Assembly: GCF_014637345.1 (NCBI RefSeq)
Contig: NZ_BMEX01000003.1
Span: 1-64,000 of the forward strand
DNA length: 64,000 nucleotides
Direction of reading: 5' to 3'
DNA from: Kroppenstedtia guangzhouensis
Lineage (GTDB): Bacteria > Bacillota > Bacilli > Thermoactinomycetales > DSM-45169
Part shown: positions 47,348-57,888 of the stretch, one piece after another
How the letters are laid out: each line of letters begins with the position of its first letter
How positions within the stretch are numbered: the first letter of the stretch is position 1
Made by a program: the position numbers and the translations under genes
The notes under the pieces: model-generated
Seen by the model: only the letters and a program-made list of their open reading frames with translations
What the model was told of the DNA's origin: nothing
The model's database searches: none

Positions 47348-48510
47348 CAGAACCTGCGAGCCTCCTCCCGGCGACGCACCACATCCCGAAGGAGGTCTTC
47401 GGCGGTATCGGAACTGAATGTCTCCAACAGGGCCCGAGCGACTTCCCAAGCGACCACATTCTCCGCGACCACACTGGCCGCCGGCACCGCACAATTATCC
47501 GAACGCTCGATACTGGCTTCAAAAGGCTCCTTAGTGTCGAGATCCACACTGCGGAGGGGTTTGTACAACGTGGGGATCGGCTTCATCACCCCGCGGACCA
47601 CGATCGGCTCCCCGTTGGTCATTCCTCCCTCAAAACCACCCAGACGGTTGCTTGCCCGATGAAATCCCTTCTCCTCGGACCAGAGAATCTCATCATGCAC
47701 CTGGGAACCTTTCAGCTCACCTGCCTCAAAACCGATTCCGATCTCCGCCCCCTTGAAGGCGTTGATGCTGACGACGGCCTGGACGATCCGGGCATCCAGC
47801 TTCCGATCCCAGTGAACATGACTGCCCAGCCCGACCGGAACATTTTCCACCACCACCTCGACGACACCGCCCAGACTGTCCCCTTCCTGCTTCGCCTCAT
47901 CGATCAACCGGATCATCTCTTTTTCCGCCTCGGGATCCAGGCATCGGACCGGAGAGGCTTCCGACTTTTCGGCGATCGCTGCCGCCGTCCATCCCGTGAG
48001 ACGACGAGCTCCCACCGAACCGATCCGAACCACATGACCCGCCAAGCGGATTCCGCAGTACTCCAGCAACTGGCGGGCAACTGCCCCCGCCGCCACCCGG
48101 GCGGCAGTCTCCCGGGCACTGGAACGTTCCAAGACATCCCGCATGTCCCGGTGATTGTATTTGATCGCTCCGTTCAAATCCGCATGCCCTGGGCGCGGTC
48201 GCGATACCCGGCGTTTGGCCGCTTTTTCCTCATCCGGATGGACATCCATAATATCCTTCCATTTTTTCCAGTCTTTATTTTCGATGGAGAGAGCCACCGG
48301 TGCACCCGTTGTCATTCCAAAACGGATTCCGGACAGAATCCGGATCTCATCGGATTCAATCTGCATCCGTCGTCCCCGGCCGTATCCCTTCTGGCGCCGG
48401 GCCAGTTCATTATCCACCTTCTCTTTGGAAATGGGCAACCGGCTGGGCAAGCCCTCGATGATCAATGTCAATTGGGGCCCATGGGACTCCCCTGCCGTCA
48501 AGTACCGCAT
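47347..48510 (-). CDS. aroC: Chorismate synthase.
   Basis: [14 protein letters not shown]...GRSSARETA... is a canonical chorismate synthase. Confidence 0.9.
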   Translation of the reverse strand: MRYLTAGESHGPQLTLIIEGLPSRLPISKEKVDNELARRQKGYGRGRRMQIESDEIRILSGIRFGMTTGAPVALSIENKDWKKWKDIMDVHPDEEKAAKRRVSRPRPGHADLNGAIKYNHRDMRDVLERSSARETAARVAAGAVARQLLEYCGIRLAGHVVRIGSVGARRLTGWTAAAIAEKSEASPVRCLDPEAEKEMIRLIDEAKQEGDSLGGVVEVVVENVPVGLGSHVHWDRKLDARIVQAVVSINAFKGAEIGIGFEAGELKGSQVHDEILWSEEKGFHRASNRLGGFEGGMTNGEPIVVRGVMKPIPTLYKPLRSVDLDTKEPFEASIERSDNCAVPAASVVAENVVAWEVARALLETFSSDTAEDLLRDVVRRREEARRF

Positions 48511-48679
48511 ACCGATCCCGTCCTCTCCTGCTGTTGCTGTTTTTGCCGCTTCACTGTATTCAAGTAAAGTTAGCAGTATGATAACACAAGGAGCCGCTTC
48601 GGAAAAAGGGCGATTTGTTTTGATCCCTTAGAGGTTTGTTATGCAAACTTGTCTGAATATCTGGATCTTGAGGAAACAA

Positions 48680-48712
48680 ATAAACCGGACAGCACCGCCG
48701 TCCGGTTTATTT
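48680..48712. terminator. Bidirectional terminator AAACCGGAC-agcaccgcc-GTCCGGTTT flanked by A/T runs.
   Basis: Downstream of the 48716..49420 gene. Confidence 0.55.
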
Positions 48713-48715
48713 GTT

Positions 48716-49420
48716 TTATTTTCCTGGCACGGGAACGACCGGGATAGGTCCCTCCACTCCTTTCCCTTTGCCTTCACTATTGTAGTAAAAATAGTTATCA
48801 GGGACCTCCCCAGGAAGGATGATCGAATGAAAAGGATATTGATAATCGATCTTCATCCCGCTGTCGTGATTTGCCGGAATCACAATATCCATTTCATTGG
48901 TAACCTTTAAATAGAGCGTCACTTGAACCGTATTGATCCCCTTTGCTTCCATTCTGGGTACCAAATCAACTTTTGTGGCACCCTTGGGCCAAATTTTCAG
49001 GGGAATCTCAGGACCCACATCGGACAACAAACTGCTTTGAAATATCGCTCCCAAAGGAATTCCGTAGTCTCTCCGTCCCAATTTTCTCAGTTCACTCTCA
49101 ATCTTTTGACTTGCAATCGCATAAACCCTTGCTGAAATTTCCGGACTCACGTCGACGTATTCAAGGGCTCCCCCCTCTGCCTTTTTCAGAACCATCAGCT
49201 TTCCCAAATCAGGTCCCAAAGCGGTCCGTGTTTCATGAATCCCTTTCGTCACCGCTTCCTGGGAGATATTTTTCACCCTGGCTTTTGCCAGCTTGATTAA
49301 CGTCGTCTCCGCTTGTTGATTTAACACATAGACCGCTCCAATAACAATGATGAGTGCAGCGATCAAAATCCAGTGGCGTTTTTTTCGCGGACCACGAAGG
49401 CGCTTGTACTTGGTAAACAC
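48716..49420 (-). CDS. Hypothetical membrane-anchored protein (234 aa), possibly YunB-like sporulation protein. Occupies the B. subtilis cheR position.
   Basis: GTG start; N-terminal TM (WILIAALIIVIGAVYVL). The family assignment is weak. Confidence 0.4.
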   Translation of the reverse strand: MFTKYKRLRGPRKKRHWILIAALIIVIGAVYVLNQQAETTLIKLAKARVKNISQEAVTKGIHETRTALGPDLGKLMVLKKAEGGALEYVDVSPEISARVYAIASQKIESELRKLGRRDYGIPLGAIFQSSLLSDVGPEIPLKIWPKGATKVDLVPRMEAKGINTVQVTLYLKVTNEMDIVIPANHDSGMKIDYQYPFHSIILPGEVPDNYFYYNSEGKGKGVEGPIPVVPVPGK

Positions 49421-49573
49421 ATTTTCACCTCATTACCTTCATGAACCTGAAACAGTGGATGGACCCGACTGATTTCATCTTATGTCCCAGTTCCGGATCC
49501 AAGACCCCGATGGAAATAACCCAACATATATAAAAAGCCACCGGCTATCTAAGAAGCCGGTGGCTTTCGGGGT

Positions 49574-50020
49574 TTAATAGATCCAGCGATGGATCAATTT
49601 ATCATAGGAAGAGAGTTCATCTCCTCCAAACCAAAGCTGGATTTCCCGTTGGGCACTTTCCGGTGAGTCGGATCCGTGAACGATATTTTTGCCCACGGTC
49701 AGGCCGAAATCACCACGAATCGTTCCCGGTGCCGCCTCCGAGGGTTTCGTTTTCCCCATCATATGGCGAGCAGTCGCGATCACATCTTCACCAGCCCACA
49801 CCATGGCAAACACCGGACCGGAAGTGATAAAGTCGACCAGTTCCCCAAAAAAAGGCTTCTCCTTATGTTCAGCATAATGTTCTTCGGCCAATTCTCGGGA
49901 GACGGTCATCAATTTCCCGCCCACCATCTGAAACCCTTTTTTTTCAAAGCGGGCAACGATTTCCCCCACCAATCCCCGTTGAACTCCGTCAGGTTTCACC
50001 ATGATAAAAGTTTGTTCCAT
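49574..50020 (-). CDS. ndk: Nucleoside diphosphate kinase.
   Basis: [21 protein letters not shown]...NIVHGSDS is an NDK with the active-site His. Confidence 0.9.
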   Translation of the reverse strand: MEQTFIMVKPDGVQRGLVGEIVARFEKKGFQMVGGKLMTVSRELAEEHYAEHKEKPFFGELVDFITSGPVFAMVWAGEDVIATARHMMGKTKPSEAAPGTIRGDFGLTVGKNIVHGSDSPESAQREIQLWFGGDELSSYDKLIHRWIY

Positions 50021-50129
50021 ATGAACCTGCCTCCATCTCACTATGTAGAAAAGCGGACACAGGTCTCCCAACACTGGAAGACCCGAAAACCCACCGAAAT
50101 TTTAACAAAACGAAAAGAGTAAATCAAAC

Positions 50130-51101
50130 CTAATAGGAACGACCTGCCACAAACTCAGCGATCAGACGCAAAGATTCCCTGGTGTCCCCTGCAGGCAATC
50201 CCTCTAACACCCGGAGGGCTTTGTCCAGATACCGGCGGGCCAATCCTTCAGCATAAGTGATCCCATCTGATTGACGAACCCGCTGGAGAATATAGGGAAG
50301 CGCTTTTTCATCCCCCCGGCTTCGGAGATATTGGAGAATTTGTTCCCTATCCTCCTCCGGACCCTTTTTCAATATATAAATCACAGGCAGGGTGATGTTT
50401 CCTTGGCGAAGGTCGCTGCCGGCGGGCTTGCCCAGTGTCCGTTCATCTCCCGTCAGATCCAGGATGTCATCGGTGATCTGAAATGCCATACCCACAAAAT
50501 ATCCGTACAGGCGCAAGCGGCGAACATCAGCCGGTGCCGCGCCACAGACCAATGCCCCAAGCTCGCAACTGACAGACATCAAAAGGGCGGTTTTCCGTTT
50601 TATGCGGTGCAGGTAGCGGATAAGCGACGGATCCGTCTCAAAGAAATCCCGGATCTGCTCAATTTCCCCCCTGCACATCTGATACATGGCCGGGGACAGA
50701 ACGCGATGGATCTTTGGGTCGCTGATCCGACTCACAATGGTCAGGGAGCGGCCCAAAATATAATCCCCGGTGTACATCGCCACTCGGTTATCCCATTTTG
50801 CCTTCACTGTGGGCCGGCCCCGCCGGGTGGAAGCGTCGTCAATCACGTCATCATGAACCAGGGTGGCCATATGGATCAATTCCAGAGGAACCGCCACCTG
50901 CTTCAGCTTGTCCACATCATATCTGCCGAATTTTCCCGACAACAAAACGAAAACCGGCCGCATTCGTTTGCCTCCGGCTTCCAACAGGTGGGCCGCTGAC
51001 CGGTTCAAATCCCGGTGATCCGTCTGGATCGACTTTTCAAGCTCCCGCTCCACTTCCCGCAGGTCTTGTTTCAGGCTGTTGTAGATATCCGCTAGCTTCA
51101 T
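50130..51101 (-). CDS. hepT: Heptaprenyl diphosphate synthase component II (trans-polyprenyl synthetase).
   Basis: DDxxD motifs (LVHDDVIDD; FQITDDILD). Confidence 0.85.
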   Translation of the reverse strand: MKLADIYNSLKQDLREVERELEKSIQTDHRDLNRSAAHLLEAGGKRMRPVFVLLSGKFGRYDVDKLKQVAVPLELIHMATLVHDDVIDDASTRRGRPTVKAKWDNRVAMYTGDYILGRSLTIVSRISDPKIHRVLSPAMYQMCRGEIEQIRDFFETDPSLIRYLHRIKRKTALLMSVSCELGALVCGAAPADVRRLRLYGYFVGMAFQITDDILDLTGDERTLGKPAGSDLRQGNITLPVIYILKKGPEEDREQILQYLRSRGDEKALPYILQRVRQSDGITYAEGLARRYLDKALRVLEGLPAGDTRESLRLIAEFVAGRSY

Positions 51102-51172
51102 TCCATTTCACCCTGTTTGAAAAAGACTTACTCTCCGGCCAATCCAAGCCTTGCACAACATACGGCGAGAGC

Positions 51173-51907
51173 TCAAGATTTGACCGTTCCGATGTGCAAC
51201 GCGGCAATCCCTCCTGTCAGCGGATAAACCTCCACCCGCTCAAAACATCCCTCTTCCTCCATGATATGTGCCAGCTCTCGATAATCAGGAAATTCCACAA
51301 GGGACTCAGGAAGCCATTTGTATTGTTCGTAGCGATTGGCAAACAGTTTGCCCAACAGCGGAAGAATCCGCTGGAAATACAAGTAGTATACAACGCGGAA
51401 GGGAGCCCATGTCGGTTTTGATAACTCCAGAGAGACAACTTGGCCTCCCGGCTTCACCACCCGCGCCATCTCCCGAATCACTTGGCGGTAATCGGGAACA
51501 TTCCGCAAAGCAAACCCGATGGTGGCGTGATCAAACCGACCATCCTCCAAGGGCAGATTCATCGCATCTCCGTGGATCAATTCCACCTGTGTCCCCAGTT
51601 TGCGATTCGAGATCTTCTTTTCCCCCACTCTGAGCATGTTTTGACTGAAATCCAGGCCAATCACCTTTCCCACCTGAGAGGCTTCGGCCAAGGCAATCGT
51701 CCAATCACATGTTCCGCAACAGACATCCACCGCCGTGTCTCCGGGCCTTACCCTCATTTTTTTCATTGCAAACTTTCTCCAGTTTTTATGACGGCGAAAA
51801 CTGAGGAGGGTGTTCATCCGGTCATAATCTTTGGCAATGCTCTCAAACACCTGATGAACAAACTGCGACTTGTTTTTCTTATGATGGCTGTGATCAACAC
51901 CATTCAA
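51173..51907 (-). CDS. menG: Demethylmenaquinone methyltransferase (UbiE/MenG).
   Basis: UbiE family; the SAM motif VDVCCGTCDW. Confidence 0.9.
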   Translation of the reverse strand: MNGVDHSHHKKNKSQFVHQVFESIAKDYDRMNTLLSFRRHKNWRKFAMKKMRVRPGDTAVDVCCGTCDWTIALAEASQVGKVIGLDFSQNMLRVGEKKISNRKLGTQVELIHGDAMNLPLEDGRFDHATIGFALRNVPDYRQVIREMARVVKPGGQVVSLELSKPTWAPFRVVYYLYFQRILPLLGKLFANRYEQYKWLPESLVEFPDYRELAHIMEEEGCFERVEVYPLTGGIAALHIGTVKS

Positions 51908-51911
51908 TGTT

Positions 51912-52664
51912 TCAACCCTCCATCACCGGAGACTCACTCCACAAGGGAGGGATCGTCTCCCGGATCAGATCAATCAGATCATGTCGGACATCCAATGGAC
52001 GGACCTCTCTGACTTGTTGCAAGGTCTCCACGAACAGGGGACGAAGCGCCTCTTCGGGAAACCGCATCGCCAATTCAGCGACCGGTCGGGGCGGAGAGGA
52101 CCAAAAGATCATCAGCAACAGATTTTCTGCCAGTGGATCCCAGGGATTTTCCGAAGAATCATCACAAAAAAAACGGGATAAGTGCGTCACTAATCCCCCA
52201 CAGATCCTACGTGCCGGCCGGATGAAAACAGACCAGGAAACCTGGGATTGATCCTGAAGTCCATAAAGTTCCATCTTTGCTTCATTGATTTCGGAGATTG
52301 CTTGGGACAGTCGATGGATTCCATCGATTTCGCCCCGTTCAGACAGGTTTTTGTAGAAAAGACTGCTCATATAATCCCCCGCCAGCACAGCCAGTTGGCG
52401 GGCTCGCATCTTCCCTGTTCCTGTCTCCCGATTGTTGGTCACAGTTTCATGGATCTCCAAGCCCATTTGCAGCAGGGTTGCAGTGACACAGTACAGCCGG
52501 ATCCGTTCCTTGGAAAGTGAAAGGGAGCGCAACATGGAATGGAGAACCCGCACGAAAGAGACCGGCACTTCCGGGCGGCGGATGTGGCGGTCCATGAAGG
52601 AATGGCGGGTTTGGCATTCAATTTCCGCAACGATCCAGTTCAATTCATCTGAGAATATGGTCAT
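51912..52664 (-). CDS. hepS: Heptaprenyl diphosphate synthase component I.
   Basis: Size and position match hepS (hepS-menG-hepT); start MTIFSDEL. Confidence 0.7.
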   Translation of the reverse strand: MTIFSDELNWIVAEIECQTRHSFMDRHIRRPEVPVSFVRVLHSMLRSLSLSKERIRLYCVTATLLQMGLEIHETVTNNRETGTGKMRARQLAVLAGDYMSSLFYKNLSERGEIDGIHRLSQAISEINEAKMELYGLQDQSQVSWSVFIRPARRICGGLVTHLSRFFCDDSSENPWDPLAENLLLMIFWSSPPRPVAELAMRFPEEALRPLFVETLQQVREVRPLDVRHDLIDLIRETIPPLWSESPVMEG

Positions 52665-52793
52665 CAAGACACGCCCCCCCGCTGAAACTGTCCAACACAA
52701 TCCTTATCTTATAACTGAGTCCATGACCTAATAATACCAAAGTTTCACCGACCTGGCGAGAGGGCAGCAGTTCTCCCCCGAACCTGCTCAACC

Positions 52794-53342
52794 TCATTCA
52801 CCCCAGGGTCCCTTCAAGCGAAACATCTGTCTCAGGTACTCCTTTGCCGTCAATTCCTTCATCCTTTTCATTTCGGGATCCGCAGCCAGATCAGATCGGG
52901 TCGCGTATACAGTTAGCAAAGGTTGATCCGCTCCAAGCACAGACAGCGTGACGGATTCTACGTTACTTGTGTGAACCAGTGCACCCCGGATCATGTGAAG
53001 AGTTCCTTGATAGACGGATTCCCGAGGGCCGCCCGCTCTCTTTAATCGCAACCGAAGATCTCCCCTCTCCAGATCCGCATGAATCACACGGAGACCTTCC
53101 GGTTGTCCTGAGAGAAAATCTGCCAGTGTCTCTTCCGTGAGAACCTTTTGTTTTGTCGGACCGAAGGCGGGAACTCCTTCCCCTTCCCCGGCCTTTTCCC
53201 CCAAGGCTGGCAAGAGTGATAACAATGCCGCCGCCATCAGGGAAACAAACACCGAGGCGAACAGCCGCCGGGCCAATCCGTTCAATGCAGGCCCCCTCCT
53301 TCCGCTTTCTGTCATCATTGTATGGTGAAAGGAGGAGAACAT
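52794..53342 (-). CDS. Hypothetical secreted/membrane-anchored protein inserted between mtrB and hepS.
   Basis: Signal/TM segment (LFASVFVSLMAAALLSLLPALG); no recognisable domain; no counterpart at this position in B. subtilis. Confidence 0.4.
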   Translation of the reverse strand: MFSSFHHTMMTESGRRGPALNGLARRLFASVFVSLMAAALLSLLPALGEKAGEGEGVPAFGPTKQKVLTEETLADFLSGQPEGLRVIHADLERGDLRLRLKRAGGPRESVYQGTLHMIRGALVHTSNVESVTLSVLGADQPLLTVYATRSDLAADPEMKRMKELTAKEYLRQMFRLKGPWGE

Positions 53343-53352
53343 GCTGATGAAA

Positions 53353-53580
53353 TTATTCATCCACCTCTGTGTCCACCGTTCCAAAGGGGGTGATCACCTG
53401 GGCTTTTCCCCGGATTTTTACAGCTGACGTGTGTTCAGTGAACTGAGCCACCATCACTTCACCTTTATCCAGTTTCTCCGAATGGTGAAAACGAGTGTCT
53501 TTCCCCCGGGTCAGACCGATCACATTGACTCCACTTTCTTTAGCCTTGACTACAAAGAAATCCCCGTTTTGTCCCGCCAT
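53353..53580 (-). CDS. mtrB: trp RNA-binding attenuation protein TRAP.
   Basis: [60 protein letters not shown] is nearly colinear with B. subtilis MtrB. RBS GAAAGGAGG. The ORF-track N-terminal extension overlaps a tRNA and is spurious. Confidence 0.85.
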   Translation of the reverse strand: MAGQNGDFFVVKAKESGVNVIGLTRGKDTRFHHSEKLDKGEVMVAQFTEHTSAVKIRGKAQVITPFGTVDTEVDE

Positions 53581-53589
53581 GGAAATCCT

Positions 53590-53640
53590 CCTTTCAAATT
53601 GACCGCATAACGGAAAAGGCCCTCCAAGCTTGGAGAGCCT
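53590..53640 (-). terminator. Terminator after the tRNA: GGCTCTCCAAG-CTTGGAGGGCC + TTTTCC.
   Basis: Hairpin between the tRNA-Pro 3' end and the mtrB RBS. Confidence 0.5.
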
Positions 53641-53648
53641 TTTGGTTC

Positions 53649-53725
53649 TGGTCGGGCTAGCCGGATTTGAACCGACGACCTCTTGCGCCCCATGCAAGCG
53701 CGCTACCAAGCTGCGCCATAGCCCG
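53649..53725 (-). tRNA. tRNA-Pro (anticodon GGG).
   Basis: Minus strand reads CGGGCTA-TG-GCGC-AGCTTGGTA-GCGC-G-CTTGC-AT[GGG]GC-GCAAG-AGGTC-GTCGG-TTCAAAT-CCGGC-TAGCCCG-A-CCA. All four arms fold, with U8, U33 and an encoded CCA. Confidence 0.8.
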
Positions 53726-53826
53726 ACATATTCCCGATGTGGTCGCCCGTTTAACTTGAAGCGACAATACTTATTGTATCTGGATCCGGGATACCTGTCA
53801 AGGGGTTATGTCGGGTTTTATGATAT

Positions 53827-54396
53827 TTATTTTCCGAATCCAATCAGACTGAAGGCCTCGGCACGGGCAGCGGAATTTTTTTCAAATATTCCCCTGACAG
53901 CAGAGGTCACCGTCCGGGAACCGGGCTTCTTGATACCGCGCATCGTCATACACATGTGTTCCGCTTCCACCACCACGATCACTCCATGGGGTTGGAGGGT
54001 TTTTTCCATGGAATCCGCCACTGTGTATGTGATCCGCTCCTGCAGCTGAGGACGACGGGCCACTGTGTCCACAGCACGGGCCAATTTGCTCAATCCCGTG
54101 ATCCGGCCACTTTTTGGAATATATCCGACATGCGCCTTTCCAAAAAAAGGAACCAAATGATGCTCACATAAGGAAAAGAAGGGGATATCCTTCACCAACA
54201 CCAGTTCTTCGTGATCTTCACCGAAAACAGTGGAGAAATACTCATCTGGATCTTCCCCCATCCCGGAAAAGATCTCCTCATACATCCTGGCCACCCTTGC
54301 CGGAGTCTCCTTTAAACCCTCACGATCAGGATCTTCCCCCACTGCTTCCAGGATCATCCTCACCGCCCGCTGTATCTTTTCATGATTCACTCCCAT
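53827..54396 (-). CDS. folE: GTP cyclohydrolase I.
   Basis: [21 protein letters not shown]...[11 protein letters not shown] is the canonical FolE sequence. Confidence 0.9.
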   Translation of the reverse strand: MGVNHEKIQRAVRMILEAVGEDPDREGLKETPARVARMYEEIFSGMGEDPDEYFSTVFGEDHEELVLVKDIPFFSLCEHHLVPFFGKAHVGYIPKSGRITGLSKLARAVDTVARRPQLQERITYTVADSMEKTLQPHGVIVVVEAEHMCMTMRGIKKPGSRTVTSAVRGIFEKNSAARAEAFSLIGFGK

Positions 54397-54492
54397 ATCC
54401 TGTGTCGCCTCCCTCTGGCAGATCTTTTCCTTTGTTGGAAATGCGGATCCGCAGGAATTTCATGGCTTGGCACTCCTCCGGGATAAAAAACA

Positions 54493-54512
54493 AAGGCCCC
54501 GAAGGGCCTGTG
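54493..54512 (-). terminator. hbs terminator GGCCCTTCGGGGCC + TTTGTTTTTTAT.
   Basis: Minus-strand hairpin ~100 nt downstream of the hbs stop. Confidence 0.6.
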
Positions 54513-54614
54513 GGCACAAAACGTGAGAGGGTCCTCTTCCACACCCGACTGTACCCGGGTCCGTAGGCTTTACCTCGTGTCACCCCAGGTGAGGAGTATG
54601 TACCCGTCCTTGCG

Positions 54615-54890
54615 TCAGTGGTTCACATCGTCTTTCAACGCCTTACCCGGTTTGAAAGCGGGCACTTTACTGGCGGGAATATCGATTTCCTTGCCGGTCT
54701 GCGGGTTGCGGCCTTTACGGGCGGCGCGTTCACGCACTTCAAAGTTTCCGAACCCGATCAGCTGCACTTTCTCCCCTGCTTTCAGTGCTTCCGTGATCGT
54801 GTCGAGAACGGCGTCTACAGCTTGAGTTGCATCCTTCTTGGTCATGTTCGTTTTTTCGGCAACTTGAGAAATCAGTTCTGTCTTGTTCAC
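54615..54890 (-). CDS. hbs: DNA-binding protein HU.
   Basis: GTG start after GGAGGTGA; (M)[12 protein letters not shown]...[21 protein letters not shown]. Confidence 0.9.
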   Translation of the reverse strand: MNKTELISQVAEKTNMTKKDATQAVDAVLDTITEALKAGEKVQLIGFGNFEVRERAARKGRNPQTGKEIDIPASKVPAFKPGKALKDDVNH

Positions 54891-55184
54891 AACCCTCACC
54901 TCCTCTCCGGATGTGTTGGTTTAACTTCAATGTTTCACTGTTCCTGTCCGACTTATACAGTCCCCGGAACTCGCCTGAAGGGACAAACCTATAGTAATAC
55001 AGAAAACCGGTGAATATCAAGTGTTTGAAGCATCCCCGGTTAAAAAAAAGAAATCGGTCCTTTTTTCTATTTGGTGATAGCCAAATGGAATAAAAATATC
55101 CCCTTCAGGGGACATCGGGCTTTACAGAAAGAGGACTGAACTAGGTTTTAACAGCTCTCTTTATCTACAAACAAAAAAAAAGCT

Positions 55185-55235
55185 TGTTCTGACATCCCAA
55201 AGGGGATTTGAACCAAGCTCCTATCATGATACCTG
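55185..55235 (-). terminator. spoIVA terminator: a compound hairpin followed by T9.
   Basis: Minus strand AGCTTGGTTCaaatCCCCTTTGGGatgtcaGAACAAGCTTTTTTTTT. Confidence 0.6.
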
Positions 55236-55288
55236 CGCATGACATGCCTCCTGTGAACCCATCCCCATCCCAAAGTTGGACGTGTCTT

Positions 55289-56788
55289 TTATAAGATGAT
55301 GGCGATAAGCCCACCTGAGCCTTCATTGATAATTCTCTCCAAAGTTTCCTGCAGTTTATAACGGGCATTCTCCGGCATCATGGACAATTTCGCCTGAATT
55401 CCTTCTCGTACGATTGAATGAAGGGACCGACCAAAAATATCTGACTCCCAGATGCTCAAAGGATCCGACTCAAAATCCCGCATCAGATAATTGACCAATT
55501 CTTCACTCTGCCGTTCGGACCCGATAATCGGCGCAAACTCCGAATGGACATTCACCCGGATCATATGGATGGACGGAGCGGACGCCCTCAACCGAACGCC
55601 GTAGCGGGGTCCTTGTTTGATCAACTCAGGCTCATCCAGAGCCATCTCTTCCAACGTCGGTGCCGCCACCCCATACCCGGTCGTTCGAACCATTTGAATC
55701 GCGTCGGACACTTTGTCATACTCCCGTTTGGCCTTGGAAAATTCCTGCATCAGCTGAAGGAGGTGATCTTTTCCCTGAATCGAAACCCCCACCACTTCTG
55801 TCAGGATCCGATCATACAATTCATCCGATGCATACAGGTCGATCTCCGCAACTCCCTGACCCATATCCATCCCGGAAAGAGCCGCCCGTTCAATAAATTC
55901 GTATTCAGTAAATTGTCCCACCACCTGATCCACATCCCGCAGGCGGCGTATATCCTGAACCGTTTCCCGGACCGCAGTTTCAAAATCCTTGCGCAGCCAA
56001 TGATCCTCGTCCAAAACCATGACCCAGCTGGGCAAGTTGACATTCACTTCGTGAACCGGGAATTCATACAGGACTTCTTTCAGAACCGAGTAAACCTCTT
56101 CTTCACCCATAGTGGCCACACTGATGGCCAGTACGGGAATATCGTATTTTTCCACCAGGTCTTCCCGTAATTGCTGCACCTCTTCGCTGTATGGACGCGT
56201 GGAGTTGAGGACCAGAATGAAGGGTTTCCCAACCTCCTTCATCTCTTCGACGATCCGTTCTTCCACCTCTTCATAGTCGTGACGCGGAATATCGGTGATG
56301 GAACCGTCGGTGGTCACTACCACACCCAGAGTGGAATGTTCCTGGATCACCTTTCGGGTTCCGATCTCCGCTGCTTCCTGAAAAGGAATCGGTTCATCGT
56401 ACCACGGGGTGTTAATCATCCGGGGACCGGCCTCATCTTCATACCCCCGGGCCCCGTTGATCGCATATCCGACACAGTCCACCAAGCGGACATTGATATC
56501 GATTCCTTCAGTGACATGCAATTGGACAGCCTGATTGGGAACAAACTTGGGCTCGATGGTAGTGATCGTCTTCCCCGCTCCACTCTGTGGCAACTCATCG
56601 GTGGCTCGGGCCCGGTCTGCCTCGTCACTGATGTTGGGGATGACCACCTGCTCCATAAACCGCTTGATAAAGGTGGATTTTCCGGTGCGCACCGCACCGA
56701 CGACACCCAGGTAAATATCGCCCCCTGTTCGTTCCGCAATATCTTTGAAGATATCGACTTTCTTCACGAAAACCCCTCCCTCGAAAGT
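55289..56788 (-). CDS. spoIVA: Stage IV sporulation protein A (spore coat morphogenetic ATPase).
   Basis: GTG start (V)KKVDIFKDIAERTGGDIYLGVVGAVRTGKSTFIK...; colinear with B. subtilis SpoIVA through ...INEGSGGLIAIIL. Upstream ORF-track residues are non-coding. Confidence 0.9.
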   Translation of the reverse strand, partial: TFEGGVFVKKVDIFKDIAERTGGDIYLGVVGAVRTGKSTFIKRFMEQVVIPNISDEADRARATDELPQSGAGKTITTIEPKFVPNQAVQLHVTEGIDINVRLVDCVGYAINGARGYEDEAGPRMINTPWYDEPIPFQEAAEIGTRKVIQEHSTLGVVVTTDGSITDIPRHDYEEVEERIVEEMKEVGKPFILVLNSTRPYSEEVQQLREDLVEKYDIPVLAISVATMGEEEVYSVLKEVLYEFPVHEVNVNLPSWVMVLDEDHWLRKDFETAVRETVQDIRRLRDVDQVVGQFTEYEFIERAALSGMDMGQGVAEIDLYASDELYDRILTEVVGVSIQGKDHLLQLMQEFSKAKREYDKVSDAIQMVRTTGYGVAAPTLEEMALDEPELIKQGPRYGVRLRASAPSIHMIRVNVHSEFAPIIGSERQSEELVNYLMRDFESDPLSIWESDIFGRSLHSIVREGIQAKLSMMPENARYKLQETLERIINEGSGGLIAIIL

Positions 56789-57150
56789 TCCGACTCCCAC
56801 GGACGTGCTGTCGGCGCGAAGGCGAACCGCCTCCTTTATCTTGATCCGATGGATTTGGACACTATAAATATATGAGGCGAGGGGCCGGTTATGAACCTTC
56901 CCCGACAAAAAACCGAGGACTGTCCACTCAGACAGTCCTTCTTGGGGAACGGGCTTGTTCATCCGATGAATTCTCCCGGCCAACCATTCTGACCCGAAAG
57001 CCGGTCACCTTGACTGCAGAGAGCCTTCCCAGCAGAAAGATCGCCGGAATGGCAATCAAATGCAGCAAAAGATTTTCCATCACTCCCAAGAGGGATCCCC
57101 CGCTTTCCATTTTGGAGACTTGTCCATTTCATATGTGCGGGGGACCGATT

Positions 57151-57864
57151 TTATTCTTCCTTCAACACGGGATCCCCGTTCTTCCACTCCATCGGAAGGG
57201 AGTGGGCGGGGACAAATAGCGAGTCCCGGTACAAAATCTCCCTGAGATCCTGCCCTTTGTCCGGCTTTTGATCGGATTCTTCCAGCAGCCTCATCACATC
57301 TTTTCGATAATCCAAATACACCGTCCCTTTGCTGTTAAGCACCGGAGAAAGAGTGAGCTCGGAATGGTAGGGACTCGGAAGGGTGACCGGATCCGTCTTC
57401 AATTCCCGATAATCCACATCATAAATCCCTTCTCCCTGCTGTGATCCCTTGGGCAGCTTTCCGTGCCGTTCCTTGTATACATCCACCCGGCCCTGCAACT
57501 CTCGCAACTTTTCCGTCACTCTGAGATCCAGAACACGAACCTCTGGATTTTTCCCGGGATCCACCACAACAAATACAAAATGGCCCCCTTTTTGGAAGGA
57601 GTTGGACGGAATATTCGAGAGATAGGAACTCATTTTGGAAAAATCGAGAATGTACTTCTGGTACAAAGTGGGACCCTGGGGAGGTTTGAGGGGCAAGACA
57701 TTATTGTGCTCTTTCCTGTATTGGTCCACAGCCATCTGTACCTCTTTCACTTCCCGGGGCAGATCTTTCGCGATACGCTGATCAAACTCATCGGTCCGCA
57801 TGCAACCGGTCAGCAGGATCAGCACTGCCACCAACCAAGCAGACGTCAATTTCCATCGGTTCAT
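57151..57864 (-). CDS. yphF: Lipoprotein (YphF-like).
   Basis: Lipobox LLTGC; position between gpsA and spoIVA. Confidence 0.5.
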   Translation of the reverse strand: MNRWKLTSAWLVAVLILLTGCMRTDEFDQRIAKDLPREVKEVQMAVDQYRKEHNNVLPLKPPQGPTLYQKYILDFSKMSSYLSNIPSNSFQKGGHFVFVVVDPGKNPEVRVLDLRVTEKLRELQGRVDVYKERHGKLPKGSQQGEGIYDVDYRELKTDPVTLPSPYHSELTLSPVLNSKGTVYLDYRKDVMRLLEESDQKPDKGQDLREILYRDSLFVPAHSLPMEWKNGDPVLKEE

Positions 57865-57888
57865 CTGGCTTCCTCCCGTCCATGGTGA

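Noticed and set aside
47338-48567. 409-aa plus-strand ORF antisense to aroC/aroB, and similar long antisense ORFs (e.g. 10681-11391, 10787-11497, 2024-2644, 14963-15676, 40630-41334, 55544-56170, 56171-56875, 62523-63722).
   Set aside because: High-GC shadow ORFs. Each lies opposite a gene with strong family motifs, has proline/arginine/glycine-rich low-complexity translation, and lacks an RBS.
53353-53709. 118-aa ORF from the track ([25 protein letters not shown]...) as an extended MtrB.
   Set aside because: The N-terminal 43 codons are the antisense translation of a tRNA-Pro gene and its terminator. The real mtrB starts at the internal ATG preceded by GAAAGGAGG.
55195-55225. GGGGATTTGAACC motif, resembling a tRNA T-arm on the minus strand.
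   Set aside because: No acceptor, D or anticodon arms around it. It forms the stem of the spoIVA intrinsic terminator hairpin followed by T9.
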